Shown here piece by piece: positions 8,200-18,523 of a stretch of DNA of 44,422 nucleotides. The translations under genes were made by a program, and so were the position numbers. The DNA lies in the IMG/VR virus record IMGVR_UViG_3300045988_020221, positions 1 to 44,422 of that record; one strand, given 5' to 3'. This DNA is from a virus. How positions within the stretch are numbered: the first letter of the stretch is position 1; the number at the start of each line of letters is the position of its first letter. Under the pieces are notes generated by a model. The model was not told the origin of the DNA and searched no databases. It worked only from the letters and a program-made list of their open reading frames with translations.

Positions 8200-10419
8200 T
8201 CAATCGGCGGCCAAGCAATGCCAGTACCCGCCCCCAAGCCAGCGCCAGCAATACACATGCGAAGCGCCCGCAGTCGACCACTGCCCGAGATCACCGCCTT
8301 GCAAGTATTCGCGCAGGGTGTTCTTGCTTGCGTTTCCACCACCATGGACGTAGTCGCCGACGCCTGTTTTATCTCCGGAGCCTTGCGTTGCAGGCCACGT
8401 TACGCAGGTTTCCGGGTCGAAGCCGATGTCTCCAATCCAGAAGTCACCCGCAGGAAAGTTGCCGACCTTTTTATACTTCGCCAGAATCTCCGCATCGGTC
8501 TTGGTATGCGCTACGCCAGCAGGACAGACATATATGTCCTTGCCGTTACTGTCGTCAAAGGCGAGTACCACATCACTGAGCACTTCATAGCCGCCCACAG
8601 CATACTCGATGCCCTGCACACGATAGGGGTGCTTAGCATCCGTATTGCTGCCGGGGCTGCCATCATGGTGGCCGATGACTGCGTCCGTTGTGCCGCTGCA
8701 CCAGTATATCGTAGACAGAGTGATAGGTGCGTTCAGGGTGTCAGACAGAGCGACAGGCATCGTGTCAAAAGCGTCGCAGTCCAGATACACAGCACTGGTC
8801 GTATCATCGAGGGCCTCGATTTTGAGGATTTTGGCGCCGGAGGCGTAGCTGTGCATGGTGGCGCCGCTGCGGTCGATATTGACAGTGCCATTGTTATTCG
8901 AGCCATATCCGATAGAGACGTAGCTTCCGACCAGCAAGTTCTTCGCCTGCGCCGCTGTGACAGGGAAGTAGGTCAGCTTCTCACTGCGCTGGATAGCTGC
9001 GGAATACTGCAAATTATAGCCCGTAGTGCCTGCATACTTTTCCTGACTGGATTTCACAGCGCACTTGATGGCGTTAAAAAGGATTTGCCACGCGACCCGT
9101 TCACCGCCTGCGCCCTTATAGCCAGCGCCCTTCTTGGCGTAGTCTGTAATCAGGCTGTAGTACGACTGGTTGCGTGCAGGAACGAGATCATATACGCTTC
9201 GCAGAAGCCCATCCTCACCCACGCCACTAAAGAACTTTGAGTGAACGACATAGGGGTATACGGTGTCGCCAGACTTGGCAGCGGCCCACGGGGTAAATCC
9301 GTCTCGCGGGGAGTCGGTGATAGACCACAGAATATAATCCGGGTCGCTGTCATCCCACCTGACGTAAGGAGTCATCTGGATAACGCCCACGTCCACAGTG
9401 CCAGTCTTGCGGTAATCGTCGCTCAGATGCTCGATAGCGGTGGGGTAGGCGTGGCCGGAGGAATCCCTCTTATAATTGCAGTTGTACCACTTGAAAAGAG
9501 GAATGTCGGCATAATCATCCCGCCCCTCGACAGTGTCGGTAGACGGCTCACACACAAGGCCCGCGTTGTCGTCCAGCTTCTCGCAGTTGACGGTGGGGTT
9601 CGACGCAAAGCGTGGGATTTTTACGGTGTAGACCTTTCCAGTGCGGGGGAGCTTAAAGAGCACGTCAACGGCAATGTCGATGGCGCTCGCGGTGGGGATG
9701 CCAAAGTCCAGCACAGCATTGTGCTCATCGCCGGAGTTTGTGACGGTCGGAGCAGCACCAGCGCCAAGGCCGGTCACGGTACCGACCGCGACAGTGGCGG
9801 CAGGGCCAGTCTCGCCAGTGTCTCCTTTTTCGCCCCTGTCGCCCTTTTCGCCTTTAAAATTACCGCTGGCGATGCCGTCTTTCAGCTCCTGCAAGCTGTC
9901 GGTGGCCTGCTGAGCGCTTGTAGACGCATTGCCCGCACTAGCGGCAGCTTCATTGGCTGCGGTCTTTGCAGCTTCTGTGGCGGCATTTACCTGCTCGACG
10001 GCTTTGTCCCGGGCAGCATCGACGGCCTGCGTGGCGGTAGATTGCGTATCCGTCACAGCCTTTACCGCTGCGTCCTTAGCCGCTTCCACGTCGTTGAGGG
10101 CACTGGTCTTGGCCGTATCCACCGCAGCGGTCGCGGACGTCTGCTTGGCTGCCACAGCCTCCAGCGCATCGGATTTTGCAGCGCCGATTTTGTCCAGCGC
10201 GTCAGTGCGGACTTCTTCGGTCTGCCGCTGGGCGATTTCAGCCCGGGTCGCTGCGGTTTCAGCTCCATCCCGAGCCTGTTCTGCCTGCTGTGCGGCCTGT
10301 TCCGAAGCGACGCGGTTCGCTTCCTGCTCCTTGACCCACTGCTCCTCCGTGCCGGTATACCCGTACTTGACCGCGATCGCGTAGGCGCTGTATGGGCCGA
10401 TTTTCATTTTCTTGCTCAT
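8200..10419 (-). CDS. tail fibre protein with Ala-rich coiled coil and a short collagen-like segment
   Basis: 739 aa. GEKGDRGEKGDTGETGP (nt 9802-9852). Large beta-rich C-terminal region. Confidence 0.8.
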   Translation of the reverse strand: MSKKMKIGPYSAYAIAVKYGYTGTEEQWVKEQEANRVASEQAAQQAEQARDGAETAATRAEIAQRQTEEVRTDALDKIGAAKSDALEAVAAKQTSATAAVDTAKTSALNDVEAAKDAAVKAVTDTQSTATQAVDAARDKAVEQVNAATEAAKTAANEAAASAGNASTSAQQATDSLQELKDGIASGNFKGEKGDRGEKGDTGETGPAATVAVGTVTGLGAGAAPTVTNSGDEHNAVLDFGIPTASAIDIAVDVLFKLPRTGKVYTVKIPRFASNPTVNCEKLDDNAGLVCEPSTDTVEGRDDYADIPLFKWYNCNYKRDSSGHAYPTAIEHLSDDYRKTGTVDVGVIQMTPYVRWDDSDPDYILWSITDSPRDGFTPWAAAKSGDTVYPYVVHSKFFSGVGEDGLLRSVYDLVPARNQSYYSLITDYAKKGAGYKGAGGERVAWQILFNAIKCAVKSSQEKYAGTTGYNLQYSAAIQRSEKLTYFPVTAAQAKNLLVGSYVSIGYGSNNNGTVNIDRSGATMHSYASGAKILKIEALDDTTSAVYLDCDAFDTMPVALSDTLNAPITLSTIYWCSGTTDAVIGHHDGSPGSNTDAKHPYRVQGIEYAVGGYEVLSDVVLAFDDSNGKDIYVCPAGVAHTKTDAEILAKYKKVGNFPAGDFWIGDIGFDPETCVTWPATQGSGDKTGVGDYVHGGGNASKNTLREYLQGGDLGQWSTAGASHVYCWRWLGGGYWHCLAAD

Positions 10420-11147
10420 TTATATACCGCCTCCAAATTGCCCTGACCGTCATCCTGCAAGGTGACGTCGTCGGTCAGATTGTCTGATACCACAAGCGAC
10501 AAAATACCGCTGTTGTCATCATCTTCCAGATACAAAAAACCTTTGCTCTCTGCTGCCTGTGCGGCAAGCTCTGCCTGACGAGTGGCTTCGGCGGCGCTGG
10601 TAGCGGAGGACAGGGCGTTTTTCTCGGCGCTCTCCGCGCTTTCCAGTGCCGATGCCGCGCTCGTTGCCGCTTCATCGGCAGATGCCCCGGCCCGCTCTGC
10701 CGCGTCCAGCGCTTCCGTTTTGGACTGCTCCGCAGATGCTGCCGATTCCTTCACGGCATCCACCAGCTGCTGCCATGCAGGCGTTCCCGGTTCCGGCTCT
10801 GTGCCGTCCTCCGTGCCGGAGTTTGCAGCCACCCGGTAGCGCAGGTCAGCGCTGGTCACGGTCTTGGTGCCGTCGCTGCCCTCAAAGGTGATACAGCCGT
10901 TGCCCGGCTGTGCGGTCACGCTGGCAGGCACGTCTACATAGCCGTCCGCCACCAGCGAGGAGGGCGGGTCTTTGCCGTCCGGCACGTGCCAGAAGCAGCG
11001 GACGGCCAGCCCTTCCCACTCACCGGAAGCGGTGACAGCAAGGCGGTACACGCCTCGGTTCTTAGTGTAGCCGAAGCGTAGCATCTGCTCATAGCCTGCC
11101 AGCTTTGCGGCGCCGTTGGAGGCAAGAGATACGTTAAGCTCAATCAT
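10416..11147 (-). CDS. tail/baseplate-associated protein
   Basis: Position between Tal-side genes and the fibre. Ala-rich helical segment. Confidence 0.6.
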   Translation of the reverse strand: MIELNVSLASNGAAKLAGYEQMLRFGYTKNRGVYRLAVTASGEWEGLAVRCFWHVPDGKDPPSSLVADGYVDVPASVTAQPGNGCITFEGSDGTKTVTSADLRYRVAANSGTEDGTEPEPGTPAWQQLVDAVKESAASAEQSKTEALDAAERAGASADEAATSAASALESAESAEKNALSSATSAAEATRQAELAAQAAESKGFLYLEDDDNSGILSLVVSDNLTDDVTLQDDGQGNLEAVYK

Positions 11148-11162
11148 AAGCGTGCTCCTCTC

Positions 11163-11507
11163 TTATGCGGTGTAAGGCTCGCCGGTGACATTTTCGTACT
11201 CCGCAGCAGTCAAGCGCTGACGCTCCACCAGCAGCTTGACCATGCCTTTGTTCCAGTGGCCAGCGGTGTATGCATCCTTGTGGGTGACGCTGCTTTCGAT
11301 GGGCACGCCATCAAGGAGACACAGATACTCCACCAGTGAGGCGGTTTTTGCGGTGTCAGTCTCGGCAGCAGCGGAGAGCGACGCAGTACTTTCCTGCGTG
11401 GACTGGCCGGTAAGGGTGTCGGCGATCCGCTTGAGATAGCCGTTCTGGATCACGCTCTGCTCGCGGTATGTCTCTTCGAGTAAAATCGGCTTAGATACTT
11501 TAGCCAT
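11163..11507 (-). CDS. hypothetical virion-module protein
   Basis: ORF track. Operon position. Confidence 0.6.
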   Translation of the reverse strand: MAKVSKPILLEETYREQSVIQNGYLKRIADTLTGQSTQESTASLSAAAETDTAKTASLVEYLCLLDGVPIESSVTHKDAYTAGHWNKGMVKLLVERQRLTAAEYENVTGEPYTA

Positions 11508-12486
11508 TGTCTTCCTCCTGAATCAGCTCGACCGTTCCGGCGAAGATGAGGGTGGTTTCCCCGTCGTAGTAGGCGTTGGCGTTGGCGATGTCGATAAAGT
11601 CGTTCTCCACCACCCACTCGGGTTTCACCGAGGGCGGATAGAAGTTGTTGACAGCGGACATATACAGCTGGTACTCCACGCCCTTTTCGAGCAGAAAGTC
11701 TCCCATGTCAAGGGTCACGTCGTTGTAACCCCGGATAAGCTCCAGTGAGAGATCCACCAGTGGGGTATTATTTCCTGCTTTACGCAGGATGGCCCGGCTT
11801 TTTCCAGCCACAAATCCCTTGATGCGGAAGGACATCGAGTGGAGCAGCAGGCCGGACTTTTTGGCAGTCAGCGGCACAAAGAACTCGGCGTGGGAGGGGT
11901 AGGCGTTCCACGCTGGGATCTCGCCGGTTTCCGTAGCAGCCGTTATGATGGCGTAGCGCCCGATAGATACCGTGACAGGGCAGCTGGTCGTTTTTTCTCC
12001 GGCTGTGGCGGTCAGGGTGCACTCGCCGTACTTCGTGGCTTTCAGCGCACCACCCTCGACCTTTGCGCACTCTTCCGGCGATACGCTCCACGTCACCGTC
12101 TTGTCTGTGGCATCTTCTGGGCTGACGATGGCGGAGACAGGCCGAGACTCGCCGACGGTCATTGCCATGCTGGGATAGCCCAGAGCGACGTGCTCCACGC
12201 TGACGTCTCCGCCTGTGCCGTCATCATAGACCGCGCAGAGCTTGCCGTTTTCGACCGTCAGGCCGCAGCTCTCAAGGTCTGCCACGCGATTTACAAGGGC
12301 AGTATAGTCGGGCGGAACGGAGGTGAGCGCCTCGTTCACAGCGTCCGGCAGGCGCTTGAAGATCTCCAGCACGTTTTCCATGCCGGAGGCGATATGCTCG
12401 CGCACTTCGACGCCAAGGGACGCTTCCCGGATACTTTTGATGTCCTCGGTCATCTGACTGACGATTTCATCGTAGGATTTTGCCAT
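11500..12486 (-). CDS. virion protein with a bacterial Ig-like (Big_2-type) domain
   Basis: SAIVSPEDATDKTVTWSVSPEECAKVEGGALKATKYGECTLTATAG. Confidence 0.65.
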   Translation of the reverse strand: MAKSYDEIVSQMTEDIKSIREASLGVEVREHIASGMENVLEIFKRLPDAVNEALTSVPPDYTALVNRVADLESCGLTVENGKLCAVYDDGTGGDVSVEHVALGYPSMAMTVGESRPVSAIVSPEDATDKTVTWSVSPEECAKVEGGALKATKYGECTLTATAGEKTTSCPVTVSIGRYAIITAATETGEIPAWNAYPSHAEFFVPLTAKKSGLLLHSMSFRIKGFVAGKSRAILRKAGNNTPLVDLSLELIRGYNDVTLDMGDFLLEKGVEYQLYMSAVNNFYPPSVKPEWVVENDFIDIANANAYYDGETTLIFAGTVELIQEEDNG

Positions 12487-12509
12487 AGTGTCACTCCTTT
12501 ACGATTTTG

Positions 12510-14135
12510 TTATTTTGCGCCGTTCAGATACCCCGCTGCGCTCAGGGACATACTGTAAGCCAGCGAGGCCTTGTGGCTGCTGAGGGCCTGCAAGTCCGAG
12601 ATGGAGTAGAAGCTTGTCCCGAAGGTAAAGCGCTTCTTTTGCGGCGCGTCCAGTGGCTCAACCACCTTAGAAAGCAGGAGCAGCGTATCAAGGCCGTGGG
12701 GCTTCGAGATAACGCGGGTCTTTTTCATCCAGCCCAGACGTTCTACGTTGATACCGGCATCATGCAGGTCAACAGCACTCACCTCGATGCCCTCGAGATA
12801 GCGCTGCTGGCATCTTCGAAGCTCCTCGTTCGCGGCGTCCAGCAGCTTTTGATTTGTGGACGCCTTGCCGTCGAGGACGATGACTTTGGTGATGACGCCG
12901 TAGACTTTTTGAGCTTCGTAGTCGTAGGCTGTCTGTCTGATAGTCTTCGTGCTCTTGAAGATCCACCAGCCCTTCGACTTGTAACCCACCGCGATGACCT
13001 GGGTGACAATGTCCTCGGCTTTGACGTAGTTGGTCAAATCAAGCATATTGACGCCAAACTCCACAGGCTGCGGGTTTGTCTCTGTGATGCCGTCATCGGC
13101 CAGATAGTCCAGATACCGGGTCTTTCCGTCTTCAGAGTAGCGGACGGCAAAGTAGCCGCCGTACACGTCCGTCAGTTCGGATTGCAGGATGTCCCACGTG
13201 GTGCCGAAGTTTTTGCCATCGCCAAAATCGAGGGCCTCGTTGGTCGAGGCGTCGAAGTCGTGCAGATAGTAGCCCGTGCAGGTCGACCAGCCTCCCGTGC
13301 TGGAGTCATAGAGCTGAATCGCTCCGTCATCGGTCAACCTCCAGCCTGTCAGCGGGGTGGTGTCGACGGTGTAAATGTATTTCGAGTCTTTCTGCGTAGC
13401 GCTCAGTGAGTAAAAATTGCCGTTTTTGTAGGCTATGTTTCGCTCCACCGTGTATAACTGGTAGCCTTGGTATATACCATCATAAGAGACAATGCGTATC
13501 GCATTACCTCTGTTAATGTACTCCCCAGCTGGAAAGGTGGCGCCGTTTGTATCGCATATCCACCTTTTATCAGCGTCCTCTAGCCAGTACTCGTTGTCTC
13601 CGTCACTATCTCTATGGTGCATCGGCCTGCAACCGCCCATGTAGACCGTCTGGAAAGACTCCTGTGGGCCATCCTCAAACACATTTACGGTGCCGAGAGC
13701 AAAGCGCTTGTACTGGTCTGTCTGGCCGTTGTGGTTGCTGATGACCTTGGCCAGAAATTCCTTGATGCTGATGTCCGTGTACTTGTATGGCACGAGGGAG
13801 CTGTCGTTGAAGTAGGCAAGCTCCCCTTCGCAGTACACCTTTTGCCGCAGATAAAAATCCATCTCGTGGCTCATGACCCGCCCGCGCCATAGGGTCTTGC
13901 CGTCCTGCTCTACCTCCACGATAGTCTTAAGCTTTTGCAGCGCAGAGTGGGCGATGTTGCCCAACGGGATGGTAAACTCAAGGCTGCCTGCTTTGCCCGC
14001 CTCTCGGGTAAGAGTGGGGGAGATGAGCATGGTGGCCGTGGTGCGCAGGTCTTCCGCTGTAGGGTCGTAGATGCACGCTTTGGTGTCCCACTCGCCTACG
14101 GCGGTCTGCGTACCGGCATAGATTTTGTAGCTCAT
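12510..14135 (-). CDS. tail-associated protein (Tal / prophage tail endopeptidase N-terminal type)
   Basis: 541 aa immediately after Dit. N-terminus resembles the minor-structural-protein N-terminal family. Confidence 0.7.
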   Translation of the reverse strand: MSYKIYAGTQTAVGEWDTKACIYDPTAEDLRTTATMLISPTLTREAGKAGSLEFTIPLGNIAHSALQKLKTIVEVEQDGKTLWRGRVMSHEMDFYLRQKVYCEGELAYFNDSSLVPYKYTDISIKEFLAKVISNHNGQTDQYKRFALGTVNVFEDGPQESFQTVYMGGCRPMHHRDSDGDNEYWLEDADKRWICDTNGATFPAGEYINRGNAIRIVSYDGIYQGYQLYTVERNIAYKNGNFYSLSATQKDSKYIYTVDTTPLTGWRLTDDGAIQLYDSSTGGWSTCTGYYLHDFDASTNEALDFGDGKNFGTTWDILQSELTDVYGGYFAVRYSEDGKTRYLDYLADDGITETNPQPVEFGVNMLDLTNYVKAEDIVTQVIAVGYKSKGWWIFKSTKTIRQTAYDYEAQKVYGVITKVIVLDGKASTNQKLLDAANEELRRCQQRYLEGIEVSAVDLHDAGINVERLGWMKKTRVISKPHGLDTLLLLSKVVEPLDAPQKKRFTFGTSFYSISDLQALSSHKASLAYSMSLSAAGYLNGAK

Positions 14136-14638
14136 AGGCTTTTTACCTCCGTCGGCGTGTCATAGATGGTGTCTTCTTCGAAGCTGAAGCTGTCCCACAG
14201 CCAGTCAGCGCCCGCCGCTGCGGTGGTGTTGGTCTTATAGGGGTTGCAGATGCCGGTGATGGTAAAGACATTCTCCCACCGGTCGCGGCTTTGGGGTGTG
14301 ACCGTCCAGAATCCCTCCCAGTACCATGCCGGGTCATCATCGAAAACGCATTTCAGCCATTGCCCTTGCAGCGCGTTCTCCAGCGTGCTCTGCACCTTGG
14401 GCCAAAGCCTTTTCGGCTTTACGCACTTGAGCGTGATGGTGATCTTGCGCTGGGTGTAGTGGACTTTGCCGTCCATCGACTTGGAAAGGTCTAAAATGCG
14501 GTCGCTGAAAGGCACTTTGACCAGAAGGCTTTCGTCCGGTTCTGCCGGGCCGACGGTCGTGCCGCCGACCACAAGGTAAAGACCCCAGTCCTTGAGGGTG
14601 TGGTGGTCTCCGATTTTGACGCCCTGTAATGCTGCCAT
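14132..14638 (-). CDS. distal tail protein (Dit)
   Basis: 168 aa directly after the tape measure. Sipho_tail-like sequence. Confidence 0.7.
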   Translation of the reverse strand: MAALQGVKIGDHHTLKDWGLYLVVGGTTVGPAEPDESLLVKVPFSDRILDLSKSMDGKVHYTQRKITITLKCVKPKRLWPKVQSTLENALQGQWLKCVFDDDPAWYWEGFWTVTPQSRDRWENVFTITGICNPYKTNTTAAAGADWLWDSFSFEEDTIYDTPTEVKSL

Positions 14639-17245
14639 TTAGCCTCCCCTCGCTTTCCGGGTCGAGCGGATACCCAAGTCTCCATCAATGCCGTCCACAA
14701 GTGTCGGCTGCATCGCACCGGCGAGAGCCTGCACGCCGTTGGCGTCGATGACCAGCGTGCCGGTGCCGATGGCGGGAAGATGCTCATCCAGCGAGTTGGA
14801 GATGCGCTGGAGCACACTGAGCTGCTGTCTGCCGGTGGTGTCCTGCTGGCCACTGCTGAAGGGCGACGCCGTGAGGCCCTTGTAGCGGTTGAACTGGTCG
14901 GCACGGTAAGAAAACTCCGCCAGCGAGTCGTACACAGGGGTCTTGCTGAAGGGGCTTTCGTAGTTGCTCGTGAGCTTCTCGTCCTTGTTCTTCGACCACG
15001 CAGACAGCGCAGCGCCGCCCACAAGGGCCGTCAGACCGAGGACGACCGCCACCACGGGGTTTGACGCGATGAAGCCCACAATGCCGCTCAGAGCCTTTGT
15101 GATGGTGCCTGCCGCATTGGTGAAGCTGCCAGCGATGCCCGCCAGCTTTGTGTCCACGCCTCCGGAGGCGTTCAGGCCGTCAAGGATCTGGGAAAAGCTC
15201 TTGACGGCTGTGCCTGCCTCGGTAGCACCCTCGGCGATGCCGTCGCCAAAAAGCGCCTTGATGGTGTCTTTCGCCGCACTCAGACCGCCTCCGGAATAGC
15301 TGTCGTTGATGACGTCCATAGCGTCATTGCACCAGTCCGAAATAATTTTGCGCTGCTCCTGCGTGACCTCGCCCCAAATCAGCTTTGCAAAGTCTGCGGC
15401 GAGGCCCGACCAGTTGCCGTTTTTGAGGTCAGAGATCGTGCTTTGCAGCGTCCCCATGATGCCGTTTTGCCATTTGGTCTTGGCCTCGCTGAGATTTTTG
15501 TCTATACGAGACTGCATCTCAGAGACAGACAAAACCACCTTATCACACGTCTGCGTGGTCGTGGTGGTGATTTTGCCATCGGCATCGGTCACGTTTTTTG
15601 TGATTTTCTTGATGGTCTTTTCTGTGCCGTCCACTACCTCAGTCCACGAGTCCGTGATGGTCTGCACCGTCTCTTTGGTGGTGCCTTTGAGCTGCTTAGT
15701 GGTGCCGTCATAGACGTTGTAGGTGTTGTCAGCGGTCTCGGTCACGCGCTGGATGCTGCCGACGATGTTGCCAGTACCGGCGAGGATCTCCTGTGAGGTC
15801 TCCTTGATGGTATCGGCCAGCTTTTTGGTATCAGCGGCGACGTGCTTTTGGGTTGGAGTCTCGGTCTCGGTCTTGGTTTTGGTCGGGGTGGGCGAAGCGG
15901 TAATAGAGCTTTTGCTTTTGCCAGAAGGCTTTGCAGGCACCCAGCCGTCATTCTCGTCCCACACCATCCCAGCGTGAGATTCATCCCAGTCCTTTTCCCC
16001 CTGTTTTGTTGTCTGGTCAGCGTTAAATGCATTCCAGTACACAGCATCCCAGTCGCCACTAAAAAGCGAAATTTCGCCTTTTCTAAAGGAATCGGCAACA
16101 GCTTTCAGGCCCACAAGTGAGGACTTTGCCTTGTCGATCACACCGGAAAGTCCGGTTATCTCCCCGATAAGGCCCGTCCATCCGTCGGTTTTGTAGGCTT
16201 CCTGCGCAGCCACCGTCATATCATTAAGATTTGAGATGACCATACCGATGCCGTTGGACAAATCGCCCGTCATGAGTCCGGCCAGCTGGCTCACGTTGTC
16301 TTTCAGGGTAGAAACGCGGCCGTTCATGGTCTGGCTCTGGGCATCCATGGCGTTGTAGTAGCGCCCGCCCTCTTCGCTGGCCGCGATAAGGGCCTCAGAA
16401 AGCAGGTCGTAGCTGACCGTCATGTTCTGGACATCCTGCACCGATTTGCCGGTGTAGTCCGCCAAGACCTGATAGATGTTGATGCCTGCGTAGGCAAACT
16501 GCTTGATGTCTACAGCCGTCGCTTTGCCCACGTTGGCGATCTGTTGCAAATTGCCCGCCATACGGGACAGCTCCACATTGCCGCCGCCGGTGGCCGAGAC
16601 AGCGTCGCCCAGTGCCATAATGAGCTTACGGGAATACCCGGCATTTTCACCGGCACTGATAAGCAACTGGTTTGCCTCGGTAAGCGATGCCACATCAAAA
16701 GGTGTGCGGGCTGCATCCTCCTGAATGGCTTTCATGGCCTCGTTCGCGGCCTCTGCGCTGCCCAGCATATTGGTAAAGCCGGTGGTGTATTTCTCGATCT
16801 GGGCGTTGTACTCGATGCCGGACTGTACAAAATTTTTAGCGGCGTCAAACGCCACACTGCCTGCCTTTAGAATGACGTTTGACAGCGTCATTCCTTTTGT
16901 TATAGAAGCGGTAAGCTCTTCGGCAAGGCTTTTATTCGCTTTAGATGCTTTTCCGGTGGCATCCCCGAAGCTGTTCATGTACCCTTCCGCAGTCCTTAGC
17001 CCCTGTGCCGTGGTATTGAGTTGGGCCTGAGCTTCTTTTAGCTTCTGGGCAAATTCCTTGGTTTCTTTGGAGGTTTCCCCGGTCTCTTTCCGTGATTTCT
17101 GGTAGGCTGCCGTAAGGTGAATGACCTCGCTGTACAGCCGGTTATAATCCTTCATCATGGTGGAGACAGCGGACTTAGTCTGAGACTTCGCCTCTTCCAC
17201 GCCCTGCCGGTAGGCGCTGTCGTCCAGCCCGAGGGTGGCGCTCAA
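14639..17245 (-). CDS. tail tape measure protein
   Basis: 868 aa, helical, Ala/Gly-rich, after the G/GT chaperones. Start codon uncertain (TTG in the track). Confidence 0.88.
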   Translation of the reverse strand: MSATLGLDDSAYRQGVEEAKSQTKSAVSTMMKDYNRLYSEVIHLTAAYQKSRKETGETSKETKEFAQKLKEAQAQLNTTAQGLRTAEGYMNSFGDATGKASKANKSLAEELTASITKGMTLSNVILKAGSVAFDAAKNFVQSGIEYNAQIEKYTTGFTNMLGSAEAANEAMKAIQEDAARTPFDVASLTEANQLLISAGENAGYSRKLIMALGDAVSATGGGNVELSRMAGNLQQIANVGKATAVDIKQFAYAGINIYQVLADYTGKSVQDVQNMTVSYDLLSEALIAASEEGGRYYNAMDAQSQTMNGRVSTLKDNVSQLAGLMTGDLSNGIGMVISNLNDMTVAAQEAYKTDGWTGLIGEITGLSGVIDKAKSSLVGLKAVADSFRKGEISLFSGDWDAVYWNAFNADQTTKQGEKDWDESHAGMVWDENDGWVPAKPSGKSKSSITASPTPTKTKTETETPTQKHVAADTKKLADTIKETSQEILAGTGNIVGSIQRVTETADNTYNVYDGTTKQLKGTTKETVQTITDSWTEVVDGTEKTIKKITKNVTDADGKITTTTTQTCDKVVLSVSEMQSRIDKNLSEAKTKWQNGIMGTLQSTISDLKNGNWSGLAADFAKLIWGEVTQEQRKIISDWCNDAMDVINDSYSGGGLSAAKDTIKALFGDGIAEGATEAGTAVKSFSQILDGLNASGGVDTKLAGIAGSFTNAAGTITKALSGIVGFIASNPVVAVVLGLTALVGGAALSAWSKNKDEKLTSNYESPFSKTPVYDSLAEFSYRADQFNRYKGLTASPFSSGQQDTTGRQQLSVLQRISNSLDEHLPAIGTGTLVIDANGVQALAGAMQPTLVDGIDGDLGIRSTRKARGG

Positions 17246-17256
17246 TTCAAAGAGCT

Positions 17257-17927
17257 TCAGGTTTCTTCACCTCCATTCAAGCCATTTTTGATTCTCTGTA
17301 TCACTTCTTCGGCGCTTTGCTGCGGCTCTAAGGGGCGGGGGTCGATGATTCCTGCCACCCGGTCAGCCCAGCGCTCTTCTACTCCTGCAAAGCTTGCCAG
17401 CGTGTCCGTCATGTATGCCCGGTAGCTCAAAGCAATAGCCTCTTGCCGACGGGTGTTCATGATGTGCTGGACGATGTAGGGCTTGCCGACGAGCCGCAGC
17501 ATATCGAGCCGAATGGACGAAGTCAGGCGTCGATACTCGTCTGGCCCAGCTTCGCCAACGATAACAAAAAATCCAGCACGTCCTTGTCCTCGATGGTGGC
17601 AGTGATAACGCGCAGGGTCTTGAACGGCGTCATAGTCTCTGGCTTGCCGTCCTTGTCCACGTCCGGCTCATAGAGCAGCGGAAGCAGCTTGGCGGTAGCC
17701 TCAGCGTTCTCAAAGAGCAGGCTTTTTGCCATTGCTTTGAGGTTTTTTCGGCTCTGCTCTTCCCTCTTCTGCTTCTTTTCTTCCTCGGTCTCACTGCCGT
17801 TGAAAACCGGCATAACCTTGCGCAGATCCATGACTTTGGTCTTGGTCAGCAGGTCCGACACCGCGTCAGCGATGAGCCAGCAGCGCCGCAGGAACTCGGT
17901 CTCGCCCATCTGGTTCAGAGTTTTCAT
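17257..17927 (-). CDS. tail assembly chaperone G-T fusion made by -1 frameshifting
   Basis: The -1 frame from T TTT TTG (17571-17565) is open and runs into the MLRLVGKPYIV... ORF ending at 17257. Confidence 0.75.
17523..17927 (-). CDS. tail assembly chaperone (gpG-like)
   Basis: 134 aa between the major tail and tape measure genes. Contains the slippery site near its 3' end. Confidence 0.8.
   Translation of the reverse strand: MKTLNQMGETEFLRRCWLIADAVSDLLTKTKVMDLRKVMPVFNGSETEEEKKQKREEQSRKNLKAMAKSLLFENAEATAKLLPLLYEPDVDKDGKPETMTPFKTLRVITATIEDKDVLDFLLSLAKLGQTSIDA
17565..17571 (-). promoter_or_regulatory. -1 programmed ribosomal frameshift heptamer U UUU UUG
   Basis: Zero frame reads GAT TTT TTG. 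This is X XXY YYZ geometry, 14 codons before the G stop. Confidence 0.75.
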
Positions 17928-17939
17928 GTTGTAACCTCC

Positions 17940-18515
17940 TTATGCTGCGGCCTTGGGGCTGTAGTACCACTCCATAGGCACCACGTCACTGCCCAGACGG
18001 GGGCAGCCGGTCAGGGTGACTGCAATGTTGCCCTTGCCCTTGTCGGTCGTCTTCAGGGTCAAACCGCCGGTGGAGAGCGCGTTCATCAGCCGGACTGCAA
18101 CCATACCGCCATCCAGCGTGTCTCCAACCCACCAGATGTCCTTGAAGTCGCCGGTGCTGGCGGTGGGATCCAGCGTCATGCGGGGCGTGACCTTCTTGTC
18201 GCTCACATCCGCAGCGCCCAGCGCCAGCTTGATAACGTCAGTTGTGACGTTCAGGGCCGTAAAGGCCAGCGTGCAGTCGTAGTCCTCGATCTGCATCAGC
18301 TCTGCGGTGTTCTTCTGGGCGTTGTCCACGTCTTCGCCAAGATCGGTGAAGTTCGCCTTGCAGGTCGCGGTGATGCCGCCGGTCGTGGCAGTAATAATGT
18401 CTGCGTCCTGAACTTCGGTCTCGCCGGTTACATCAAACTTGTTGACCACGATGCCTGCGTTGAACTGCATGGATTCGAACGCTTTCTGCGAAATTTTGGA
18501 AAATTTTCTTGCCAT
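17940..18515 (-). CDS. major tail protein
   Basis: TAAGGAG RBS before the ATG at 18515. Position and beta-rich sequence fit. Confidence 0.75.
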   Translation of the reverse strand: MARKFSKISQKAFESMQFNAGIVVNKFDVTGETEVQDADIITATTGGITATCKANFTDLGEDVDNAQKNTAELMQIEDYDCTLAFTALNVTTDVIKLALGAADVSDKKVTPRMTLDPTASTGDFKDIWWVGDTLDGGMVAVRLMNALSTGGLTLKTTDKGKGNIAVTLTGCPRLGSDVVPMEWYYSPKAAA

Positions 18516-18523
18516 ATTGCTCC

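Noticed and set aside
8200-10419. Diversity-generating retroelement targeting the tail fibre.
   Set aside because: There is no reverse transcriptase ORF anywhere in the window, and I could not find a template-repeat copy of the fibre 3' end.
14491-15024. Minus-strand 177-aa ORF overlapping the tape-measure and Dit junction in another frame.
   Set aside because: It is Arg/Ser/Thr/Pro-rich out-of-frame translation of the tape measure gene's 3' end. There is no RBS, and the region is fully explained by the TMP and Dit ORFs.
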